From positions 64,001-128,000 of the forward strand of contig JAWAFD010000002.1 in assembly GCA_038890745.1 (NCBI GenBank): DNA of 64,000 nucleotides, read 5' to 3'. Of the stretch, positions 40,806-49,047 are shown piece after piece. The notes beneath the pieces were generated by a model. It saw nothing but the letters and a program-made list of their open reading frames with translations. It did not search any database and was not told the origin of the DNA. The DNA is from Candidatus Anstonellales archaeon. GTDB taxonomy: Archaea; Micrarchaeota; Micrarchaeia; Anstonellales; J096. Numbering within the stretch: the first letter of the stretch is position 1; every line of letters starts with the position of its first letter. Made by a program: the position numbers and the translations under genes.

Positions 40806-43253
40806 TTAGGCTTTCCTTCGGAATTCTCTCTTTTCTATCTTACTGATGTCCTGCTTTTTTTCTCTAATCATTTCCACGAATTCCTTATACCTTTCCTTCA
40901 TTCCATCCTCTACCTCAAATAACTTCGCCCTTCCACTAATGAGGCCTAGGATTGCGTTCTCTACCGATTTTGGAATATTTCTATTTTTTGCCTCTATTTC
41001 TACTGAATAGGGACTTTTGAGGTCCATATTGAATCCTATGTAAATCTCATCTTCCAGAATAATGAGCGCCCCTTCAATACCCTTGCGTGGGTCAGCAATG
41101 ATTTCTTTTATTTTTAGCTCCTTCTCAACAAAAACATCTTGCGGGTCCCGCATGATAATTGTCGGATTTGCCTTTCTTAAACTTTCATCGTCATATGAAA
41201 CGATTTCTCTTTTTGGCTGGACCCTCTCCCCTCCTTTCGCTGTTTCTTCTTTTTTGAACAGCCCTACCTCCTCCGGGGGATCATTTGGTTCCCCTGTTTT
41301 TCTTATCCTCAAAATGCTGCTCTCTGTATACAGTTTGTTCTGCTCCTTTTCGCTCTCTGGCGGAATGAGATAAAAGCTTCCGACCTTTTCCAGAGCAAAC
41401 CCAAACTCTTGGAATATCTTTATTATTTCATCTGCATACTCCACGCCTTTTGGGCTGGTTATGAATATAACATTGTTGTTGCCAACAGCTCTGTTCAATC
41501 TTAAGAGGATCTCAGCTGCCTGCTTTTCTGTAAGCCAGTGCATAAAAGAAAGGAGAAGAACTTCCTTTCCTTCCTCTGCTTTAAACTCCCCATTCCTCAA
41601 GCTATCAACAAAAAAATGTTTTATCTTGCTTCCCTCAACAAACTCCAGAAGTTTGTCAGGCATGCTTTCATGAAACATTGAGATAACCTGACCATCCCTA
41701 CAAATCCCTGCTTTCGCGAGTGCTACCATCTCCCTAAACCCCCACAGCTGGACCAACCTTTCCCCAATAAGTCTATGAAGTTCGGGCGATCTTGTCTCTT
41801 TCCACACATGCATGGCCAGGACTATCCTCTGGTCTAGTGTTAGTTTTTGCTCTTCTTTTACTGCAATAAGGAACGCCAAATCCGGAAATTTTTGAATGTA
41901 TCTTTCTATCGTTGAACGGCTTACCGGAATTTCATATGGGTTATCGATATGGGAGAGGATGATAGTATACATTCTTTTATCCACTGCCTCTTTCACTTCC
42001 CCTTCAACATTACTCAAAACACCCTTACTAAAATTCTCCAAAAACTCTCTATCCTCACATTTCTCTACCCACTCTTTCTGCAAAGAAGAAAGTTCAATAT
42101 TCCTACATATAGTAGCCCCACCAATCTTTACCCCATACTTATTTTCAATTAATTCAGCAATCTGAGGACTACTCGGAAACACCTCTTTATTCTCTCCTAA
42201 AACCTTATTCACAATCTCCTTAAACCTTCTATCTCTTGCTTCCTTCCCCTCCCCTTCAACATTATTCAAAACACCCTTACTAAAATTCTCCAAAAACTCT
42301 TCATCCTCACATTCCTCTACCCACTTTTTCTGTAAAGAAGAAAGTTCAATATTCCTCCGTATAGTTTTTTCACTAATATCCACCCCATACTTATTTTCAA
42401 TTAATTCAGCAATCTGAGGACTACCCGGAAACACCTTTTTATTCTCTCCTAAAACCTTATCCACAATCTCCTTAAACCTTCTATCCCTCGCTTCTTTCAC
42501 TTCCCCTTCAACCTTACTCAAAACACCCTTACTAAAATTCTCCAAAAACACCCCCTCCTCACACTTCTCTATCCACTCTTTCTGCAAAGAAGAAAGTTCA
42601 ATATTCATTAATATAGTAGATGCGCCAATCTTCACCCCATACTTATTTTCAATTAATTCAGCAATCTGAGGACTACCCGGAAACACCTCTTTATTCTCTC
42701 CTAAAACCTTATTCACAATCTCCTTAAACCTTCTATCTCTTGCTTCCTTCACTTCCCCTTCAACATTATTCAAAGATTTATTACTAAAATTCTCCAAAAA
42801 CTCTCTATCCTCACATTCCTCTATCCACTTTTTCTGTAAAGAAGAAAGTTCAATATTTCTCAATATAGTAGCCCCACTAATCTTCACCCCATACTCAACA
42901 TACTTATTTTCAATTAATTTAGCAATCTGAGGACTACCCGGAAACACCTCTTTATTCTCTCCTAAAACCTTATTCACAATCTCCTTAAACCTTCTATCTC
43001 TTGCTTCCTTCACTTCCCCTTCAACATTATTCAAAGATTTATTACTAAAATTCTCCAAAAACTCTCTATCCTCACATTCCTCTATCCACTTTTTCTGTAA
43101 AGAAGAAAGTTCAATATTCAGCTGTATAGTACTTTCACTAATCTTCATCCCATACTTATTTTCAATTAATTCAGCAATCTGAGTACTACTCGGAAACACC
43201 TCGGGGTTTTCTTTCAGCGCTTTTAATATAAGTTCTCGTATCTCCTCTTTCAT
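40806..43253 (-). CDS. Tandem HTH-repeat protein (5 x 84 aa) with C-terminal methyltransferase-like region
   Basis: Repeat unit PxSxQIAELIENKYGVKI-xxx-TI-xx-NI; downstream LLLSFMHWL..AAEILLRLNRAV...VIFITSP..FQEFGF. Confidence 0.75.
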   Translation of the reverse strand: MKEEIRELILKALKENPEVFPSSTQIAELIENKYGMKISESTIQLNIELSSLQKKWIEECEDREFLENFSNKSLNNVEGEVKEARDRRFKEIVNKVLGENKEVFPGSPQIAKLIENKYVEYGVKISGATILRNIELSSLQKKWIEECEDREFLENFSNKSLNNVEGEVKEARDRRFKEIVNKVLGENKEVFPGSPQIAELIENKYGVKIGASTILMNIELSSLQKEWIEKCEEGVFLENFSKGVLSKVEGEVKEARDRRFKEIVDKVLGENKKVFPGSPQIAELIENKYGVDISEKTIRRNIELSSLQKKWVEECEDEEFLENFSKGVLNNVEGEGKEARDRRFKEIVNKVLGENKEVFPSSPQIAELIENKYGVKIGGATICRNIELSSLQKEWVEKCEDREFLENFSKGVLSNVEGEVKEAVDKRMYTIILSHIDNPYEIPVSRSTIERYIQKFPDLAFLIAVKEEQKLTLDQRIVLAMHVWKETRSPELHRLIGERLVQLWGFREMVALAKAGICRDGQVISMFHESMPDKLLEFVEGSKIKHFFVDSLRNGEFKAEEGKEVLLLSFMHWLTEKQAAEILLRLNRAVGNNNVIFITSPKGVEYADEIIKIFQEFGFALEKVGSFYLIPPESEKEQNKLYTESSILRIRKTGEPNDPPEEVGLFKKEETAKGGERVQPKREIVSYDDESLRKANPTIIMRDPQDVFVEKELKIKEIIADPRKGIEGALIILEDEIYIGFNMDLKSPYSVEIEAKNRNIPKSVENAILGLISGRAKLFEVEDGMKERYKEFVEMIREKKQDISKIEKREFRRKA
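41986..43202 (-). repeat. Intragenic tandem repeat array, 252-bp period (one unit carries a 9-bp insertion)
   Basis: Homologous variable windows at 43119, 42858, 42606, 42354 and 42102 (spacings 261, 252, 252, 252). Confidence 0.96.
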
Positions 43254-43372
43254 AATTTCTATTATGTGAACAAAAATATAAAAAGATGTATGTTATAAGC
43301 ATTTAAGGATTGTGGGCAAAAGTTTTGGTTTTGAACTGCAGGTTTTTAATTCCTTCTACGCAATTTCTCTTC

Positions 43373-43942
43373 ATGCTCGCAATAATAGATAATGGAAGCC
43401 AGTACACCCATCTAATAAAACGCTCCTTTAAATACTTGAAAAAAGAGGCTGAGATTTTCAATGCGCGCGGGCTTTCCATTGAAAAAATTAAAACCGCAGA
43501 AGGGTTTGTTTTGAGCGGGGGCCCGTCAAGCGTTCTCTCTTCCTACGAGAAAATAAACGAGGAGATTGTAAAAAAGGTAAGCGGCGGAGAGTGGAAAAAG
43601 CCGGTTTTGGGGATATGCTTTGGCCATCAACTCATAGCGCATGTTTTGGGTGGAAAAGTTGAAAAGGGGAGGAAGGCGGAGTATGGTTTTACCGAAATAG
43701 AGCGGATTGGGGAGAGCGTTCTCCTAAAAGACATGCCAAAAAAATTTAAGGCATGGGCAAGTCATTTTGATGAAGTGAAGAAAGTTCCGGCTGGCTTTAG
43801 GGTTGTTGCAAAATCAGAAACCTGCGAGATTGAGGCGATGGAGAATGAAAAAAGGAAAATATTCAGCACACAGTTCCACCCGGAGGTTTGGCATACCGAA
43901 AACGGCGAGCAGATATTCAAGAATTTCTTGGAGGTTTTCTAA
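43373..43942 (+). CDS. guaAA: GMP synthase glutamine amidotransferase subunit
   Basis: IIDNGSQYTHLI, LSGGP, LGICFGHQL, QFHPEV.HT; start at ATG 43373. Confidence 0.93.
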   Translation: MLAIIDNGSQYTHLIKRSFKYLKKEAEIFNARGLSIEKIKTAEGFVLSGGPSSVLSSYEKINEEIVKKVSGGEWKKPVLGICFGHQLIAHVLGGKVEKGRKAEYGFTEIERIGESVLLKDMPKKFKAWASHFDEVKKVPAGFRVVAKSETCEIEAMENEKRKIFSTQFHPEVWHTENGEQIFKNFLEVF

Positions 43943-44238
43943 TGTTCCTAAAGATTCACGAGCGGATGGGGAAAAAGGTTGTTGCGGTCTGCGATAAGGA
44001 GCTGATAGGAAAAGTTTATGAAGAGGGCGATGCGATCTTGGATTTAAAAACATACAAAAATTTTTATATGGGAAAGCTTGTAAGCGAGGAGGAAGCGATA
44101 AAACATTTGGCAGAATTTAATTCTGCGAATATAGTTGGAAAAAAATCCGTTTCCCTGGCTCTAGGTTTGAAGCTTTGCGAAAAATCAGAAGTTAAGACAA
44201 TCGCTGGAATTCCTCACATACAGATTTATAAATTTTAG
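43942..44238 (+). CDS. DUF424 family protein
   Basis: VVAVCDKELIGK, FYMG, ANIVG, IAGIPHIQ; ATG overlaps the guaAA stop. Confidence 0.85.
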   Translation: MFLKIHERMGKKVVAVCDKELIGKVYEEGDAILDLKTYKNFYMGKLVSEEEAIKHLAEFNSANIVGKKSVSLALGLKLCEKSEVKTIAGIPHIQIYKF

Positions 44239-44265
44239 CATTAAAAATTAAAAAGGGTGAGCAGC

Positions 44266-44661
44266 ATGCAAACAGTTACTATAGTTGCAGAAGATAGAGT
44301 GGGTTTGTTATCAGACATCTCATACATACTTGGGAAAGAGAAGATAAATATAGAATCCATATCAACAAATAGCGTTGGTAACACTGCAGTGATAGTTCTA
44401 ACTGTAAAAGATGCAAAGAAAACAGCATCCATTCTCAAAAAGAATGGGTTCAATGTTGTAGCTGAGGAGGCATTTATAGTGCAGTTGGAGGATAGGCCCG
44501 GAGAGTTACACAAAATGACCAAGCTTCTCGCAAGTAATAAAATAAACATCAAGAATGTTTTTGTAGTAACAAAAGGAGGCGGGAAGGCTATACTAAGCGT
44601 GATCGTGGACAGGCCGAGAAAAGCCGCGAAGCTTCTCAAACCATACCTAACAACCGCTTAA
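44266..44661 (+). CDS. Tandem ACT-domain protein
   Basis: EDRVGLLSDIS..INIESI and LEDRPGELHKM..INIKNV; ATG 44266 follows GGTGA. Confidence 0.88.
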   Translation: MQTVTIVAEDRVGLLSDISYILGKEKINIESISTNSVGNTAVIVLTVKDAKKTASILKKNGFNVVAEEAFIVQLEDRPGELHKMTKLLASNKINIKNVFVVTKGGGKAILSVIVDRPRKAAKLLKPYLTTA

Positions 44662-44697
44662 ATTTCAACCTCAACTGTTTTTTCTTTTTTATTCATT
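44658..44697 (+). repeat. Direct repeat DR3, left copy (orphaned 3' end of the NFACT gene, with TAA)
   Basis: 40 bp with 2 mismatches to 46820-46859; minus strand reads NKKEKTVEVEI*. Confidence 0.92.
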
Positions 44698-44767
44698 ATC
44701 TAAGTTTAGATCATTGCAACATGGTAGTAGAAAACCTTAAATATACTTTTTCTCATAAGTAAAACAC

Positions 44768-45352
44768 ATGAGTAAGTTTAGTAAGATAATAAAAAGAGTG
44801 GGTGAACGTGCATTATTTATGTCAACTCCTTTAATCCTCTCCTGCGCATTTTTACATAGAGCTCCTAAGGTGGATGGGATTGAAACGGATAGCAAACAAA
44901 CCGAGCTAACAGAAGTAGGTGGAAATGAGGTTGAAAGAGAGATGGTTTATTGGAAAACAATTTTTACAGATGTTGACTCTTCACAGCTTTTTTCCTTTCT
45001 CTATATCGCCATGAATACTGCACTCTTTCGTGATGGAAAGGTATGGGATTCGCTTACAAGAGATGAGCAGAAAGAAAGAATTGAGAGAGTAGTAGAAACA
45101 GAAAAGTTAATACAAAAAGAACTGCCTTACTGGAGGACCGTTCTCCACGATGAGTGGGTTAAGGATACTGCAAGGTTTGATGGGGTTGTTCGAGGGTTAA
45201 TAAGTTATAGTGAATATATACAAAGACCATGGATGGCTCTTTCAAGAGAAAAACAAAAAGAAATGATATTGTATGATTTGGGTGTTGGAACACGAGGGAA
45301 GGATCCAGAACCAGCTAGTTTGATTTCACCTCCGGCAAGCCCATTCAAATGA
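44768..45352 (+). CDS. Orphan protein, possible lipoprotein
   Basis: Basic N-terminus then PLILSC; weak internal repeat WDSLTRDEQKE / WMALSREKQKE; TATA-like element upstream. Confidence 0.6.
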   Translation: MSKFSKIIKRVGERALFMSTPLILSCAFLHRAPKVDGIETDSKQTELTEVGGNEVEREMVYWKTIFTDVDSSQLFSFLYIAMNTALFRDGKVWDSLTRDEQKERIERVVETEKLIQKELPYWRTVLHDEWVKDTARFDGVVRGLISYSEYIQRPWMALSREKQKEMILYDLGVGTRGKDPEPASLISPPASPFK

Positions 45353-45358
45353 ATGTTT

Positions 45359-47809
45359 TTATTTTTTCATACTTTCTTTAATTCTTTCCATCTTATTCAA
45401 TAATTCATTATACATTGCATGCTTTTCTCCTATGATTGAGGTGCACTGTTTTAACATAGAGTAGGCATCATTATATAAATCACTTGCAAGCCACCATCTT
45501 CCTGCCATCTTTTCTTGCTCGGCCAGTTCCTCATACAATTCACACAAATTCATATAAGCAAGAACATAGAATCTATCTGCTTCAATTGCTTTTTTATAAT
45601 TCTCTTCAGCTTCTTCGTATCTTTTTTGTCTATGATACACCCTTCCAAGCCCAGTTAATGCTTCGGCATACTTTTCTTTTAATTCTATAGCTCTCTTAAA
45701 CTCCGTTTCTGCTTTATCTAGTTCATTCAATCCAAGATAGGCCAACCCTAGATTCATATGAGCCTCTCCATTTTTGGGATAGTTTTTTGCTAATGGTTCA
45801 AGCAGTTCCCTAGCTTCTTTGTATTTTGCTTCAGCAATCAAAACCTTTCCTAGACCAACCTTTGCATAGATATAATCTTTATTTATTTTTAGAGATCTCT
45901 TAAAACAAATCTCTGCATCCCTTAACCTTCCTAATTCAACATAAACATATCCAAGCCTTTCCCACACTTGCTCTTTCTTTCCCCATTTTTTACTACTCTC
46001 TAGAAAAATTTCTTCTGCTTCTTTATATCTTCCTGCTTTATAATAGGCATCACCCAAATTGAATAATGTTCCAAACTCCCCCATTATCCTTGCTCTTTCA
46101 TAATTCTCTATTGCTCTATCATAAGCCCCATTTTCCAAAAACAGATACCCTTGCTGATCATAGTAGGTCGCCTCAACCTTATCTCTCGTGTCAAGCAAAA
46201 GAACATTGTCTTTGGGAAGAGCAAATCCATTTTCTATTAGGTCAGCATAATAAAGAGAAATCTCAGAAACAAAATCTTCACTTCCTGGCTTGTTTGTAAG
46301 TGTTCCAAATAATTTTCTTGCAGGGTCTATAAGCAATGTTTCATTTTCCAGTTCAACAATTATGATTGAGGCATGCGCTTCATCAACAACAAAACCCCCC
46401 TCTTTTTTCTCAAATCTTAAACATAAAAGCTGGGAGCTTATCCCAATCTCATCCAACAGAGCATACGTAAACCTTGAGTATTCTAAACAATTTAGTTCTA
46501 TAATTTGGTTATTCTCTATTGCATCGCATATCTGGAAATTTGAATAAGGAGTTCTTGGGTTTGGTCCGTTGTATGATTTGATGAATTTGTTTTCTGTTAT
46601 GAAACTATAAACAAACTTTGCTCTATCCTTCTCTCTGCTAATATGGCCCCAGTCAGTTTTTAGTCTTAAATCTATTTCAAGCTGTTGTCTTATTCTATCA
46701 GTTATCCCAAGAATACTATAGTCTGGTATTTTCTTAGGTATTATCTTACCTATATCGAGCTCTTTCTCTAGTTTTGGCTCCTGTATTTGGATTTGTCCAG
46801 GGCAATCATTATATATAAATTCAATTTCAACCTCAACTGTTTTTTCTTTTTTATTTATTCTTGCACCAATTTTTTTCAAAAACTCGCTTTCTTTTTCTTT
46901 TTTCGCCTCGTTTATTATCTCCTCGATATAATCATACTTTTCGTACATTGTTTTCGCAATCCTCTCTGCTTCCTCAGCTTTCTTTTCATACTCAACTATG
47001 CTTTCCTTTTGTTTTTCTATCGCGCGCCTGAGCTTTTCAACTTCTTTTGGTTCTTTCTCCTCCCCACAGGTTAAATAATATTCATCCACAACCTCGCTCA
47101 GCGTTCTGTATTCTTTATAATTCTCGTTGAATCTCGCAACCCCAAAATCAACCAATCCCTCATTTTCAAAAAACCCGTATGGTCTGGCTTCTTTTTTTAG
47201 TTTTTCAATCTCGGTTTTTATCCTTTCGATCTGCTCTTTAGTTAGTTTATTGCCCGGAGTTTTTTCTTCTATCCCGCACCTTTCTAAAACTAATCTTGCA
47301 TACCTTTTCCCCAAAACAGAAATCAGGGAAACAACGACATATTTTTCAGAAATGTTCTCTTCAAATTCCGCAGGGTTGCTAACCGGAAACTTATACCTTT
47401 CGCCCCTTTTCAAAACCCTATCCTTCCAACTCTCGTTCCTGAAAACACTCTCTATTATTCCATTCTTTACAAAAACAGCATTCCCTTCAGCAAACATCTC
47501 AAAAATCAACTGTTCTTCCCCAAAGTCAAAGACAACAACCCGGTCCAAGTTGTGCAAATAAATTTTTTTCACAACCTTGTTTTCAAGCGCCTTTCTTATG
47601 TAATCAGTAAAATGGTTTTTCTCGCTTTTTTCCTCTATTTTTTTAGCAACATTTACCCTCACACCCAAATCCACAACAATATTCACATCCTCAAACTTCA
47701 ATCTTATTCTTTTTCCACCTAGAAAATATGCTTTTGTAAAATGCTTACCCTGAGCGGCTTTCAGCTCCTCTAGCATATACCAGTATTCAAACCTTTCAAG
47801 CGAGCGCAT
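45359..47809 (-). CDS. NFACT/Rqc2 N-terminal domain fused to a transglutaminase-like domain and TPR repeats
   Basis: NLDRVVVFDF..LIFEMFAEGNAV, R.LKRGERYKFP, TLSEVVDEYY, coiled coil; then NCLEYS..AHA..LIDP triad and several TPRs; start ATG 47809. Confidence 0.8.
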   Translation of the reverse strand: MRSLERFEYWYMLEELKAAQGKHFTKAYFLGGKRIRLKFEDVNIVVDLGVRVNVAKKIEEKSEKNHFTDYIRKALENKVVKKIYLHNLDRVVVFDFGEEQLIFEMFAEGNAVFVKNGIIESVFRNESWKDRVLKRGERYKFPVSNPAEFEENISEKYVVVSLISVLGKRYARLVLERCGIEEKTPGNKLTKEQIERIKTEIEKLKKEARPYGFFENEGLVDFGVARFNENYKEYRTLSEVVDEYYLTCGEEKEPKEVEKLRRAIEKQKESIVEYEKKAEEAERIAKTMYEKYDYIEEIINEAKKEKESEFLKKIGARINKKEKTVEVEIEFIYNDCPGQIQIQEPKLEKELDIGKIIPKKIPDYSILGITDRIRQQLEIDLRLKTDWGHISREKDRAKFVYSFITENKFIKSYNGPNPRTPYSNFQICDAIENNQIIELNCLEYSRFTYALLDEIGISSQLLCLRFEKKEGGFVVDEAHASIIIVELENETLLIDPARKLFGTLTNKPGSEDFVSEISLYYADLIENGFALPKDNVLLLDTRDKVEATYYDQQGYLFLENGAYDRAIENYERARIMGEFGTLFNLGDAYYKAGRYKEAEEIFLESSKKWGKKEQVWERLGYVYVELGRLRDAEICFKRSLKINKDYIYAKVGLGKVLIAEAKYKEARELLEPLAKNYPKNGEAHMNLGLAYLGLNELDKAETEFKRAIELKEKYAEALTGLGRVYHRQKRYEEAEENYKKAIEADRFYVLAYMNLCELYEELAEQEKMAGRWWLASDLYNDAYSMLKQCTSIIGEKHAMYNELLNKMERIKESMKK
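46820..46859 (+). repeat. Direct repeat DR3, right copy (fusion junction; GAA in place of TAA)
   Basis: Minus strand reads NKKEKTVEVEIE and continues in frame. Confidence 0.92.
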
Positions 47810-48935
47810 TCCTATCCCCAAAAATAATCTCCAATTTTTCTTTTATCTTGATGATGTCCTCTAAATACACAAATTCATTGGGCGAATGTATGTTGTTCTC
47901 ATCCCTTCCAACCCCAAAACAAACGGTTTGCATCTTATCCACAAAGAAAATTCCATCGTTGCTTCCCCATTCTGCAAAGTTTTTCTTTATCCCGAAAACA
48001 TTCTTCACATACTCAACAAAAGGACCTTTTGATACATATCCTTTGTTTTTTGATTTTATCTTTATCTCAGCATCCACCTCAGTTTTATCCACTACTTTCT
48101 CAAAAAAGCTCAAGAATTCAAGCTCAACATCATCTATGTTTTCTTCTGGGAGAGAGCGGAGGTCGAACCCAACAACAGCCTTTTCCGGAACAACGTTCTC
48201 TTTTCCCCCAGCTTTCAGAACAGTGAAGGAAAACCTTCCATAGATCGGCCTTTCTTTCTCGTCTGTAAGCTGAGAATACGTCCCTTCCCGCAGGAATTCA
48301 TACCCCCTAAGCTCCTGCATAAGAAGGATCGCTTTTTCTATTGGGTTTTCTGTTAGGAAAGGCATTCCCGCATGCCCTCCTTTCCCCTTTACTATTATTT
48401 CCCCAAGAATAGTTCCGCTCGCGCCTACTGTTGGCAGCAGCCCGGCATCCAGTATTATTGCCCCATCTCCTTCAAGAAGTTTATTTTTTTCCAAATACCT
48501 CAGCCCATACTCCCCCCCCATTTCCTCATCAGGTGCTATCAAAAGTTTTACCTTATATTCAGGTTCTGAGTTTTTCAAGGCAAGCAAACCAGCTACGATA
48601 TTCCCTTTACAATCCGTCGCACCGCTTCCATAAAGCCGGCCTTCTATTTCGGTTAATTTGAATGGGTCTGTTTTCCATTCCTTTTTTTCAGTGGGGACGG
48701 TATCGTAGTGGGTTGCAATCAGAAGTGTTTTGTTTCCCGTTCCCTTCTCAACGATTATTGTAGGCCTTTTTGTTCCGTCTTGTGTTTTTGGGTTTATTGT
48801 CTTAAACTTCATCTTATTTTTTTTCAACCATCTTTCAAGAAATTTAACAAGCGGGAGGTAGTTTTTCTCCTCCACATTCGTATCGAAGGCTACAAGAGAT
48901 CTCAGAAGCTCCTTTGCGTTTTTTTCATCCCTCAT
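47796..48935 (-). CDS. M20 family metallopeptidase/deacylase (ArgE/DapE-like)
   Basis: THYDTVP, W.TDPF, LYGSGATDCKG, DEEMGG, GKGGHA, IHSPNE. Confidence 0.9.
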   Translation of the reverse strand: MRDEKNAKELLRSLVAFDTNVEEKNYLPLVKFLERWLKKNKMKFKTINPKTQDGTKRPTIIVEKGTGNKTLLIATHYDTVPTEKKEWKTDPFKLTEIEGRLYGSGATDCKGNIVAGLLALKNSEPEYKVKLLIAPDEEMGGEYGLRYLEKNKLLEGDGAIILDAGLLPTVGASGTILGEIIVKGKGGHAGMPFLTENPIEKAILLMQELRGYEFLREGTYSQLTDEKERPIYGRFSFTVLKAGGKENVVPEKAVVGFDLRSLPEENIDDVELEFLSFFEKVVDKTEVDAEIKIKSKNKGYVSKGPFVEYVKNVFGIKKNFAEWGSNDGIFFVDKMQTVCFGVGRDENNIHSPNEFVYLEDIIKIKEKLEIIFGDRNALA

Positions 48936-49047
48936 GCTTTTATATATCCTTCCATGTTTTTAATATCTTCCCATTCATGTTATCATTTCTGTTTTAATCA
49001 TACAAAAACATTTAAAAACACTTTCCACCAAAAATAACACTGATCAT

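Noticed and set aside
41986..43202. CRISPR array or DGR template/variable repeat
   Set aside because: The 252-bp period is in frame inside one ORF with no unique spacers; changes are not limited to adenines; no reverse transcriptase or cas genes in the window
49006..49028. AAACATTTAAAAAC(A)CTTTCCAC, similar to the reverse complement of 26385-26406 (shared orphan-gene promoter?)
   Set aside because: Mostly BRE/TATA consensus in AT-rich DNA; too short to claim a regulon
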